Source: Tubulanus polymorphus
Lineage: Eukaryota; Animalia; Nemertea
Direction: 5' to 3'
Assembly (NCBI RefSeq): GCF_964204645.1
Contig: NC_134031.1
Span: 16,479,807 to 16,543,806, forward strand
Length of the DNA: 64,000 nucleotides
Made by a program: the position numbers and the translations under genes. How positions within the stretch are numbered: the stretch's first letter is position 1; the number at the start of each line of letters is the position of its first letter. A model generated the notes under the pieces. That model made no database searches. It was not told where the DNA came from and saw only the letters and a list, made by a program, of their open reading frames with translations. This document shows, in pieces, positions 36,600 through 50,973 of this stretch.

Positions 36600-39500
36600 A
36601 TGCCAACTGTAGTTCCTGTTTCGTATGATAACAGCGGTGGTGACAGTGCTATGGAGGCGTCGCAAAGGAGCAGTTCGGGCAGTGTCGTTTTAGATTTAAG
36701 GCCCCGCGCGGCTACTCGCGACACGGTCGTTGGAAGGGTACGTACAGAGTATTAAACTGAGATGATAAACATGATATTTTCTGATATTCGTCGCGACGTT
36801 AGTAGTTAATTGAATCCCCGATCTACGATATGAAAAATATCATCGAATACGTTCGGCATATATTCATACATAGGCCTACACCGTACGGTGAGTCAGGCCT
36901 ACGTAGAATACGTATTTGTAAACCTAATCATAGCGTTTGAATCATTTAAAAATGAACTGAAAGACTTTCAACGATTGACTTGCTATTAGCTTTAACCTAA
37001 CTACTTCTTCAAAATTTGATTTATATATTCCGTGGATTTAAGGTGAAAAAAAATGAGTAACTACGTTCATCAAAAGTTGCCGGTAATTTTTCTCATATTT
37101 CCATGTGTAGACTCGAGAATGGGACGACTTGCAACCAGAAGAGATTGCGTTTCTCGTTATTTCTTTCATCAGTATTCTGGGAACTGTCGGTCTGACGATT
37201 ACCAAATTAGTTCAAGGGGTCACAGGAGATGACTTCACATTTGCCCTTATTTTACTTATCAATACAGGTATATATCGATACTTTGTCTCGCGTGTTACGA
37301 TATTAAACAGCTAATCAAAACTGTTTTTGATAAAACATGGAGTATTTTCCGAATTATTTTCAATATTTTCATGTTTTCCAATGTATAATATCAGTAAAGT
37401 GTAGTATTTGTTCAGTAACCAATTCTAACAGTGGTCGAATTTAAAGATTAACGATCTTTTGTAGCACTTTGTTCTTACTATATCCTGCATGGAGTATTGC
37501 GAGAGAGGCCGTACGAAATCATCGTTTATGTCATCGCTTGTGTCATCGTCATCGTATACATCATCGCCAACTTCGCCTCCTCGTCAAATAATGTTAAGGA
37601 TAAAGTCAAACTGGTATGTTCATATCACCCGAAACTAACAGACGCGTTCAGAATTTGAACTCATTCAAAAATTAGAAGATGAAACTTGTTAAACTCAGAT
37701 TCAGCGTCTCTTTTCAATTATTTGTAGGCTCGTTTGATATGCGCCTCGATTTTGGGACCGGTAAATATTGTTCTGGGCATCGTGATTAGCATACGATACC
37801 ATAAGAGTGGTAATCTGATATTTCGCACGGTCGGCGCCAACGAAACCTTACAAAAAATCTGCAAAACGATGTATTTCGCGTCGGGACTTCTCAAGTTCGA
37901 CTTCCAATTGGAGGTTAGTTCGTTCAGACTTTAAAACCTCGTTCATGCTCAGGGGCGGATCCAGGGGCACTTATGAGACTTGTACGAGTCCATGAATTTT
38001 TTTAGCGCCCTTCTTCATTATATCAACAAAAATAATACTTTTGGGATGTGACAAGTTCTTCGAAATTAGCCCCTCTATGCGGCAGTATAATTAATATTTT
38101 TGGACATTGCGCTGGGATGTGACAAGTCTGGCCTCTTGAACCGCCCCTGATGCTCCCGGCAAAACAACATTTTTTTATTTATCAAAAGTGTCACTCAGAC
38201 TTGCTGTAAAACAGATAGGACACCTCCGTGTTGGTTATAGGCCTATCAATGAAATTATGATTGTAGGTTAGCATGGTGTTGCTTATTTTGCAAAATGGTC
38301 GAGAAATTGGTCTGAAAGAACAGATAGTATTAGGAGTTGGGTTTCCACTGAGTGTACTGTGGCTGATCATGGGGTTTCTTAGCGTAAGTCGAGAGATTCT
38401 CTACTCGTACATGCTTCAAACATTATCTTCAATTCCATCGCTGTTGTCCTCGTTACAATAAACTTCATCAAACCACGAAATATCGATCTTATTCGTATCT
38501 TTTGTTTCAGATGCGATTTGAAAACAAAATCATGACGTTGGTGTTTTTGATCAGTGGTGTATTCGAACCGGCTTACATTATTTGGAAAATCTATGACGTA
38601 AGGAACCGTTCAGACACATAAAGTCAGTCTTAATCTAATGTAGTTTGATTCTTATTATGCGTGCTTTATATCAACGTGTAGTATGAAAGTGTATAGACGA
38701 GGAAGTTAATTCGAATTGTTTACCTCGAATTTGTGAATACTTCCTTTTTTCGTGTTTCACCAATGAATGTATATATTTGAATAGAAGGGTTTTCACTGCG
38801 TCATTTCTTTTCGTTTGTCATGATTTACAATTCTACTTCAACGATATATGGTTTATTTTTTCCTCAACGGAAGGGGTTGTTTTCGTTACCATAAAATGTA
38901 TGACTCACAGCATGCAATGAAATGAGATACACAAATCAATAGATATTGTTGCCTGAACTGGATGGACAAAAATATCAAATTGAGCGTCTAATGATAATGA
39001 CCGGGAATTTAAAACCCCAGTGAAACCCCTTCATCTCCCAATAAGGAACAAGTAATGTTCCTTATTGGGAGATGAATTCTCAGTAAGTAACGAAAATTGA
39101 ACCGGTAAAGACGAAAATCTGAATAAAGAACAAGTAACAAGTTGATTGTTCCTTATTGGGAGATTAATTCTCGATAAGTAACGGAATAAGGAATAAGGAA
39201 CAAGTAATGCACTTCACTGGGGTGAATTTAAAATGTTATTTTCGATTTTAACCGTCTTTTGGTTGTTTTTTTAGTCTTCAGGTACGATAACGGAACGCGC
39301 GAGTAAATCGATTGAAGCGGTGACGTTCGCGTGTGCGGCCCTAGCCCTCATCGTTCGTATCACTTTACTATTCACCATGGTGTTCGTATATAGAAACTAT
39401 GGAAAGGGGTTGAAAGAAAAAGGTACGCTTCGTATATTGAATTCTTACCGAACAAAAGCAAATTGCGAATGTGTAAATGAGATGTGTAACTATTCTTGAA

Positions 39501-39676
39501 AATCCTAATGATAAAGCACACTACATAAGATTCCATGCTTTTCCATTTTATTCCCCATATTGTTAAGCTCTGTATTTTGTTCTACGACAGCCTTCGGTCA
39601 GGGATCAGAAGTAACGCTTTTAGCTTACAAAAAGAAGCGGTCATCGTTTTCTTATAAGACACTGGATGAAAACTAG
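36600..39676 (+). CDS. Uncharacterised multi-pass membrane protein
   Basis: Exons approximately 36600-36737, 37111-37267, 37465-37613, 37728-37913, 38267-38383, 38511-38597, 39275-39422, 39591-39676 give a continuous frame with about 8 hydrophobic segments, ending RNYGKGLKEKAFGQGSEVTLLAYKKKRSSFSYKTLDEN. Confidence 0.8.
37950..38149. mobile_element. MITE with 5-bp TSD (hAT5-like)
   Basis: ATGCT|CAGGGGCGG...CCGCCCCTG|ATGCT. Confidence 0.75.
38787..39225. mobile_element. Composite of inverted-repeat elements
   Basis: GGGTTTTTCACTG...CAGTGAAACCCC (38787-39030); palindrome TTCATCTCCCAATAAGGAACA...TGTTCCTTATTGGGAGATGAA; repeated AATAAGGAACAAGTAA; ACCCCAGTGAA/TTCACTGGGGT. Confidence 0.55.
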
Positions 39677-39959
39677 CCGGGTAAACTATTGTTGGTGTGC
39701 GCTGGGTTTAGGTTGTGTGGGTTGTACGCGGGCGGCGTGAATGTATAATCATTGGTTTTTAACTATCTAAATTATCAAATAGGGGTTTTTGGACGCGAAA
39801 ACATTACAGAGAAGCCAGCTACATGAATATCTATCAGCTAAACGTGGATCGTTGGGAGGTAGTCGATTATCATTTACTACCTGCATCTGAATCTATTACG
39901 CATGATATCCTAGACAGCTATCTTTTTAGGAGCCATTTCCAAGAAGTGGTTTGTCTGCT

Positions 39960-40216
39960 CATAGGCGTCCACAGGATTTTTCAAGGCGTTTCTCTTTAAG
40001 GGCGAAATCCACTAGATTTCATATCTTAACCTAAAGCTAACCTATAATATATACTAGTCCGTATATAACGAACATTACTAGTTTTATAGACTTATATAAA
40101 TTGTCGTCATAGTGGAGAATTTGCATAATTTTATGAAGAAGTTGACACCAGATTTCCTTATTTGGAAATGGACGGCGCTATGGCCCAAAGGGATGGTCGT
40201 TTTGAGGACGCCCATA
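39960..40216. mobile_element. MITE with 5-bp TSD (hAT5-like)
   Basis: CTGCT|CATAGGCGTCC...GGACGCCCATA|CTGCT. Confidence 0.7.
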
Positions 40217-41666
40217 CTGCTCATTGAACGGGATCTTTACATTAATCCACAACGTTTCATCTGCGCCCATCATGATTACTTTTGAAAATCGAATTAAAAC
40301 CCACAACTATGGAACGCAACACGCCTTACCATCGCTGCACTTGTTTTCTGCATGTTGTTAAAATCGTGGTGATGGTTTTTCTTTCATTTTCTTTTTCTTT
40401 AAATCCGGCCTTTTGATTAAACAAAAGGTGTTCAGAACTGTAATTTCGGTGACTTTGTTTCAAATTGAAAGATGCCGTAAGAATCTTATAAGACGAGAAT
40501 TCATTTCATAGAACTGAATTAACTTTCCGGAATGAACCTACGAGCAATCATCTCAAAAAAGAGATTGCTCGTAGAGAGAACCGAAGTCTGACTGAATTAC
40601 ACAGGGGCCCGTATCAGAGTTGTAGGTGATAAAACGGTAAAAACGATACAAGAGGGGGGGGTAACTACGCTTACTAAGTACTCAACTTCAGTCGCTTACT
40701 ATTTTGTTATTTCTCATCCGATTTCGATAATACAAGCATGAAATCAAAGCTAATAGTCTTCTGTTTCCAACGGATTAACAGATTATCGTTCTTACACTGG
40801 TGGTAAATTACAATACATCGAGATGTTGATCATGTTATTTTTTCTGTGTTGTAGCTTACGGGAGATCCGATTACGATGAATACGACTCCCAAAGAAGAAG
40901 AGTTTCAACAGAGAAAAGTGATCGGTTTTGATTGGAATATTATGTAACAGTAACGGATAACACAAATCGTAATATAAAATCACTGAGACAACTGTTGAAA
41001 TTGCAGAAAATTGTAAATATGTGACAGAATAAAAAAAATTTAATTCGTTAAAGTTGTAATTCAAAGTCAATCAATTAATTTACGACATCTTTAATTAAAT
41101 CTTATTCTCGAAAATTATTAGACCATTCAATATAGTAATCAGTATCCAACTAACAGAGTAATTTGCACTTGCCTCATATCTCACGGACCAATAGATTTCA
41201 CCTGGCATTCACGTACTGGATAAAAATGCAAATCTTCCATTTTAAACTCACCGAGATAATACGAGTTCCTGGTTCTCCAACGCTACGAAAGATGAAATAC
41301 TCAGAGGACACTACCGGACTGTGTTATTCAACATATGACTTTCTGAATAAGTTTGTTTGACGATTCAGTTAAGACTAAACTGAAGAAATTTACATATTAG
41401 AGTATTAAAGTAATGTGATTTTTAGTCTGGCATTGCCATTATTCGTAATAGCTGTGAATAATAGGTAACATCTTGAAACTGTGAAAATGTGAAAATCATC
41501 CAGTTGAAGTCCAGTCCAAGTGAAGTTGATTAGAGCTTTATTTTGCAGTTAAATGACAATCATGTGTAATTAACTACGTGAATAATCAGAACAGTAATGA
41601 AGAGACTTAGAGTAGTTAATTTAGAACCCATTGCCCGATATCGGATACCAAATCATATCGTTCATT

Positions 41667-41765
41667 TTAACTGCCACAGTTTCTATTCGCGCACCACTCT
41701 CGACGGAGCCTCTCGGCAGCAGATTCGGCATCGCGTTCGTTCTGCGAGTTGGCGGCTGAAGCCAT
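41667..41765 (-). CDS. Candidate 32-aa microprotein MASAANSQNERDAESAAERLRREWCANRNCGS
   Basis: GGGCCATGG Kozak, GC-rich ORF in an AT-rich context; upstream exon with donor at 42048/42047 (GTAAGT), acceptor at 41822, TATA-like 42113-42126, AATAAA 41538-41543 (minus strand). Confidence 0.5.
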   Translation of the reverse strand: MASAANSQNERDAESAAERLRREWCANRNCGS

Positions 41766-42262
41766 GGCCCAAATAGACACAAAAATACCACAAAGTGGAA
41801 CGGCGATTTTATGCAACTCACCTAAAATTATATACATATTGATAAATTTACTAGAATCATCTATAATGCATAGATAGATAATTATGAACAGAATAGATAA
41901 ATAACTTAACGTACTGATCATTGTAGATAATGCAGTTTTGAATCCTGAAAAAAAACCATCTATTTCAGTAACGGTTATAGCTAGACGCATCCCGATAACT
42001 TGCAAGTGGAATCTTCATGACAATTATCTTATAAAATCATAACTTACGTGTTAGATAGAGTTGTGTGAAACTGGCTTAACACTGCTACTGCTACTGCTGC
42101 TGCTGTTAGTCTTTTAAAATATATATCATTAAGTCTACTGTAAAGCAATACTGTAAAACTGGACGTTTTCTGTTTTTTCAGGTTTTGTCTACGACAGAAA
42201 TTTGAATCCCCTTTCAGTAAGTGATCAAATATATATGACATATTTAATGAAATATATGATGA

Positions 42263-42417
42263 GCGAGTTCACACTAGGTCAAATAAAATAATTTAATGAC
42301 GATTTCATACATATTTATGATAAATATATAATGATAAATATAATGATAATATATAATGATAAATACATATGTAAAAATGGTCAATAAATTATTTTATTTT
42401 ACCTAGTGTGAATTCTC
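42263..42417. mobile_element. Foldback MITE with ~40-bp TIRs and internal (ATAATGATAAAT)-like repeats
   Basis: TTCACACTAGGTCAAATAAAATAATTTA...TAAATTATTTTATTTTACCTAGTGTGAA. Confidence 0.7.
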
Positions 42418-42982
42418 AGAACCTGGGACCCCCTTACCGTTAACCGTAGTTAACACTGTAACACTAAGGAATCGTCGGTATCAGTCAATACTAGGTTCGA
42501 GCCTATGGCCTTGTTCATTACTTATTCAGCATCAGGACCAGTCAATCATATACGATGGTGCCATAGTCAGACGCCGCTAGAGGCAGCCCTTTTTACTTTC
42601 TGGTGGATTTGGACACTTCAGGAAAGGAAATAGGTAACCGTAAGCATTTTTTACGCCCGCCAATGAATGTCACATTTCAGTCAGTCACCGGAATTGCATA
42701 GATTTGTGGCTATTGAATAACTGTAAAATCGTCAAAAAGAATTTACAAATCTTCATTAAAAATTCGTTATGAAATATCAAAAGCAGTAAAAGCATTATAA
42801 ATAGTGTTAACAATGTCTGTAACTGAAACTATTTTACTTTTGCGGAACTAGTTTCATCTTTTGTACGTATGAATCTGTATCATCCTCAAATTATCATTGT
42901 AAATGTGGTCTTAGTTGTAATTGAAGTTAAGCTAAGCTATTACTTATTATACATCATCAATTTTAAATTGGGGAAATAGATT

Positions 42983-43057
42983 CGGCAGGGATTCGAACCT
43001 GATGGCATCGCAACACTCGGCCACAGCACATCAGGGTTCGAATCCCTGCCGGGGGAG
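42983..43057. repeat. Inverted pair of tRNA T-arm/B-box-like sequences
   Basis: CGGCAGGGATTCGAACCTGATG...CATCAGGGTTCGAATCCCTGCCG. Confidence 0.6.
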
Positions 43058-43230
43058 AATGTCCAAATCCGCCAGGCCATGAATACTGATGCCAACAGCA
43101 CCAGACAGAACTTTTCTGTGGATTTTTTCATTAAAAATCTTAGTAAAGTTAACATGGAACTGTATTGGTTTACCATCATTTTACTGTACATGCAGTTAAC
43201 ATAGTAAGCCAACTTGGCAGGTACAGCATT

Positions 43231-43629
43231 CAGGGTTTCCAGTGATAAGGCCAGGGTAAAAAGAAGTACTAAGAAGGACTTTTTCGGCAATTTTAGACTC
43301 AAAAGGAGGGACTTTTGGACAACTCGGGAAGTTCCTTCCAGTATATTGAGGGCGCAATGCCTTCACAGGGATTCTTAGTCATGTAGACCAGTCATACATT
43401 TCAGGATAATTCCATAAAACTTTCCGGTATATTCAATCTTACTGACAATTGAATTAACAGGCCCGAGTAATAAAATACTTCAACAGTTGAATTCGTGACA
43501 AAATTACCGGTACGCGCAAAAATCAAATTTGGAAGGACTTTAATCGAATGGAAGGACTTGAGTTAAAAAGAAGGACAAAGATGATGTTTTTCCAAACTTT
43601 TTCCATAAGAAGGACCATTGGAAACCCAG
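43231..43629. mobile_element. hAT-like MITE
   Basis: TIR CAGGGTTTCCAGTG...CATTGGAAACCCAG; repeated subterminal GAAGGAC. Confidence 0.65.
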
Positions 43630-44054
43630 AGTATGGGAGGAGCTAGAACGTCATCAGGTGTAGAATTAGTAATTACTACTACTGGGTTTTAAACTTTGTT
43701 TGTGCAAGCTAAACTTGAACAATAGGTCAAGAGATCCCTCCATAAGTATGTTATAGAGAACGTTCGTTGTTTTAAAATGCTTTTTATTTTCCGTTTTTGG
43801 ATACTATTCAATTGTAAAATACTCTTTCCTCCATATACAGTAACCGCGCATCAATCGGATCTTTTGGGACAAAGAAAAATCATCCAACTTTGAAGAAGGA
43901 AAAATCGAGACCATGAACATTCATCCGATACAAACGATTATCCAACTTACACCGAGCGACTCAAGAAACATTGACTAAAACGATTGAATTTTTCATTCTA
44001 TCCCATTTGTTTATTTTTTCGTTCAGGATATTATTTATTTACACAACGTTTCGC

Positions 44055-46448
<2,394 letters not shown>

Positions 46449-46879
46449 ACTGTTCGAAGATCTACAGAAAACAAGAACGAATGAAAATAATCAATAATTA
46501 AGTGTATTCAAGGCCGGTGGATTGATCACAAGCCTGTCACAGATTCCCAAATGAAAATGAAGTTACTGAAAAAATTCACAGGAGTTTTTCATATGTCAGT
46601 TCCACAGCCACAGAACGCACCCCCCTCCCAGGGTCAGTATACACGCGATCGTGGACGACACAGTACTCATACAAGAACAAGAATGCTCAAATTAAGCGTA
46701 CACCAACCAGCCATGCAGTTCATATAAGACTCTGTCAGCATATAAAAAGATTTTGTCTCTCATTAGCATAAAGCAAAGCGTGGCCGACTGTATACCGATA
46801 TGAATGACTCGAATCGAGATGGACGAGAGAAACAAGGAGGCAGATTAGCTATTACACGATCGAAAAAATATTTCACATG

Positions 46880-47110
46880 GGCGCCGCCATCTTGGATTAG
46901 AAAACACCGTCAATAAAATACAGCATTTATCATAAATTCGGCATATTCCACGAGAAACCATGAAACCAAAAATAAGCGGCTGGATAGTTCTAGATCAGAT
47001 AGATCTCGTTATTTTCAGATTTGAATATTTTAAAGGCCTATTATCGATAGAAATAGATCACACATGCACGAATTTCACTTACTCGGAATTAACCCGGAAG
47101 TAAGAGGAAT
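46880..47110 (-). promoter_or_regulatory. RPS5 TCT/5'-TOP start, non-coding exon 1 and downstream YY1 site
   Basis: Minus strand TTCCTCTTACTTCCGGG near 47109-47093, donor GTAAGT at 47082, AAGATGGCGGCGCC at about 46880-46893. Confidence 0.7.
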
Positions 47111-47408
47111 TCGGGGTGGACACACATCCAGAAAACGGAGGTATTTAATCTCTACATCAAAAAATAATTAGTAATTACATTTATTCTGTTAACAAGTCGT
47201 GTATGTAGTATGAATATGATTTACATATTCATATACAAAACGGTAGCTCTACTTGAGTTATTTGACGACTGTCAATAAAATGAAGAGTTGAAATTGTAAA
47301 ATTAAAAATGGCTTCCGGGTTGTAAAAATCGAAGAGCTTTCTGCAAATTCCTGTAAATCTGTCTCATTGCTGCTAAACGAAACGATTTATCGAAATGGCA
47401 TCTATAGA

Positions 47409-50400
47409 ATGGTCGTGAGGTGTATCTTTTCCAAATTAAAAGTACGTATGAGAATGTGAACGTCGCGCGTATTTCAATGAAATAAACAAAACAGGTCCTC
47501 TTTTCCTGGCCCAACAAACAGCGCCATCTGTTGAGAATTTCTTCAACTTGCAAGTAATTTCATGTCCCCGTATTGATTATTGTGTAAATCTGCAGTTTAG
47601 GTCGTTCTTGATAAATTCTACATACCCAAGAGCCTCTAAATGGCTGATTTCTATGTTTCGAATTAAAAGGAAGGATAAATTTGTGTAAGAAGATTTGTAT
47701 TTGAAGTTTGGAGCTCAGGGGCTTGTTAACTGACTGGCTTTGATTTTTTATTTCCGGGTTGTTGATTATCTCGCAAGAATGGCGTATTAGGCGGTCGCGA
47801 TGCTGTACTATATAAAAATGACCTATATAGTACAGCATCGTGACCACCTGATCACTTGTTTTTCGGAAGTTGTGTACAAGCCCCTGTGTTTGGAGGTGAA
47901 CTGCAGCTTTGATCATCCAGTGTCCCTGGTACTATTTTGGTTTATATTAGCACCAGGGATGCTGGATGATCTGAGCTACTGTCCCACAAACTTCAAATAT
48001 GAGCCCCTGCCATGCCATGATTATCAGTTTTAAAAAAAGGATCTGGGATAGTCTGAATACCAGTTGTTGTTACGGGTTCCCTTAGATTGTTTGGGGAACG
48101 ACGGCTAGGTACAGATCTGGGAGTGACTGCAGTTTAGGTGTCCCTAATCATGGTTGCGTACCTTAAACTAACCATTCACTATCATTTAATAACACTAAGC
48201 GCCACACAGTGGAAAGGTGACCTGAACTGCTGTTAGACTAACATTGATAGGTTTGTGTAGTTTTCCTTGTCACAGTATTTATTCAATGTTGTAGCTGGAT
48301 TTCGAAGTTGGAAAAAGACAGATACATCTTTTCCGCGATCAGGTTAATTAATCTTATCGATTGTACAAGTGTGAATTTATATAGACATGAATTAGTTGAT
48401 GAATTTCATACTCTTTGATTCGATGAATTGACGAAGAAAATCATTGGAAAATCGTGTAATTGATTATATAGCGAAATTAGTTAACAATTGATTTGATTTT
48501 ATAGTACCTGTAAATATTGAAAGGTTGGGAATAATTTTGGACTCACCTAGCTGATCAATAATAATAATAATAATAATAATGTCACATTTATATAGCGCCT
48601 GTTTCACTAATAATAATGTTCACCAGCGCTTTGTATGGTAGTGGTGCTGAATTCACGGAGCATAGGCTTTGCAGAAAAGCAAATGTTTTACTCTCTGTTT
48701 GAAAGTGTTGATTTCAGTTATATTCCGTATATTTGCATCGAGAGAGTTCCACAGAGTTGGAGCAATACCAATGTCAATGTCGATGTTCTGCTGTTGGTAG
48801 TCATGTCAAGAGAAATCCTGCATGGTTTTTGATATAAGCACCGGTGATTAATATTTGTGTTGTATTTTACAGCAGCAGTTCGGCGTGATGCTGAAATCAC
48901 GGCATTTACCGGGTATCGCTCTCGTAGCATTTCTCATATGGTTTGTGTTCGTTATGTTTCGACCGGATCCATGTAAAAGTGACCAGTTCAGGGTGAATTT
49001 GGTAAGTGACTTTCTAGCCATGAATCGCAGGCACCGGGGTTTGTCAATACATAGCGTTCTACGTATTGTTTGGGGGTTAAAATAATGGTTTGAAGCGAGT
49101 TAATTTGACGAATAGCGGATTGCGCAAAAATCAAGCTTAATTTTTATTGAAGAGATGGTTAATCCCTTGCCATTTCGGCTTTTGGCAGACTCAATGTTAC
49201 ACTAAAGAATAAGGGCGGCCCCTCAAAAATCCCAGCACATGCGGAAAACTGTAGTATGACACCTTCACCAGGGTTTAGTCACCCCCGGGTTAAACTGATG
49301 AGCAAATGATATTCTAGGCGTGCCCTGGCACTCTTAAGGATACACCCTAGTTAGAAGGCACAAACTCATATCGCTTCTTAAAAATGTCTTCATCTTGTTT
49401 GTAGTGTGAATTGTATGAGAGTAATATCATCACTGGAACGCTTTGTCCTCATGTATGCAAATCGAAAACATGGAAGTTCCACCATTGCCACGTCGACAAA
49501 ACCGGACAGATAGTGAGTTTCAAAAAAAATCTATCACTCTCGGCGTCTGAAAGCTTTACGACGAAATTTGTATCATGGTATTTTTATTTTGTAGTCATTC
49601 ATCGAAAAGCCGTCGATATTAAAACTCGGTCATCAGGCCGAGCAGTTGTGGCACGGCCATTCGGCTTCGGGACTATACATGACTCCCGAGGAGGGCATGA
49701 ACGTGCGCGCGTTTAAAAAGTTACTGAAAGACTTTCTGGACACGCGTCTCGGTTCATCGGACCACGAACAAATTTTTCGTCGCATCCTCAACGTAGCAGA
49801 CGTCAACGCCGATGGAAAGGTATTGGACTGATTCGGAATAGAAACGTTAGAACGAAATTCAAAAAACCGTAACTTGAAAGTTTTTTTGATCTTAAAATAG
49901 GGATTGACCCTGTGATTTATTTGATTGGTAAATTTCAAAGTTTTTGGGGTACATACAGACCAGACAAATACGGGTTCATTTTTCCTGCTGGGAAAACTCG
50001 ATCTTTTCTTGAAAATCACGGGAATTTTAATTTTTGACGTCTCGTTCTTGCCGGTGATAATTGGCACGATGAACCGCATGATAGCGGTGTTCACTACAAC
50101 AGGGTTTAGAGGGGCAGCCACCCCATTCATGTTCACATCAACCCCTCCAAAAATCAGCCTCCCCTTATAGAATATCTTCTGCCCCTCCCATCTACTGGTA
50201 TCTTATAATTGAATGTGGTAATATCAGGGAATTCTGAGTTTGTACATTAATGATTACCGTTTGTGTTTTAGATATCGTTGTCGGAGGCGAAGACGATCTG
50301 GTCTCTAATTCAGAACAACGAGTTTCTGCTATTGCTCGTGTTCCAGGGCAGTCATTACGTGTCGGAACTGCGCGGATTCTGCGGCGACTTTTACGCCGTC

Positions 50401-50973
50401 GAGTACGTGCTGCAAAACTCGCTACCTGTGCTGCCGCCTACCGGTATAAATCGGTACTGGAGCAGCTTGTACGACATCGCGTGGCACAAAAAAGTGAAAA
50501 TCTGCATCGGGCTGTTGGAGTTCACGTTGGAAGCGTACCAGCACGGCGCCGACGGTTCGTTTTACATGTGCGACCTCGGCGAACATACGATCGGTTATAC
50601 GAAAAACTACGAAGCCCGCGTGACGAACCTCGCGTTGACGTTCCCGCGCAAGACGCTGCACCGGTACGTGAAACGACATTTCTGCAACGCGGACGCCGAC
50701 TGCGTTTACACGCGTCAGTGTCAAACGACGTGCGATCGCGCGACTCGCCGGTGTTCGGCGGATCTCGTGCGTCCAAATCTCGTTTACGTCTGTCAGATCA
50801 TCGAGCGTTACATGTTCCCCGACGTGCCGCGCGGCGTTCGCGGCGAGCTGAAAGTTTTACTCGATCGTTGCAAGTCGTTGAATATCTACGCGCGCGATAT
50901 GCAACTTCAACATTCGCTGCTTCTCAACGAACTGAAAAGTCTTCTATGGAAGCAAATCAGTTCCGACGTATGA
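47409..50973 (+). CDS. DIPK1: Divergent protein kinase domain 1 (FAM69/DIPK1 family)
   Basis: Probable exons 47409-47441 (less certain), 48873-49001 (TM), 49405-49512 (CELY..G.LC..VC), 49595-49819, 50272-50973; EF-hand ADVNADGKISLSEAKTIWSLIQNNEFL, GFCGDFYAVE, FYMCD, Cys-rich C-terminus, LKSLLWKQIS. Confidence 0.9.

Noticed and set aside
42575-42589. CTCF site GCCGCTAGAGGCAG
   Set aside because: One core G is missing and it is an isolated copy.
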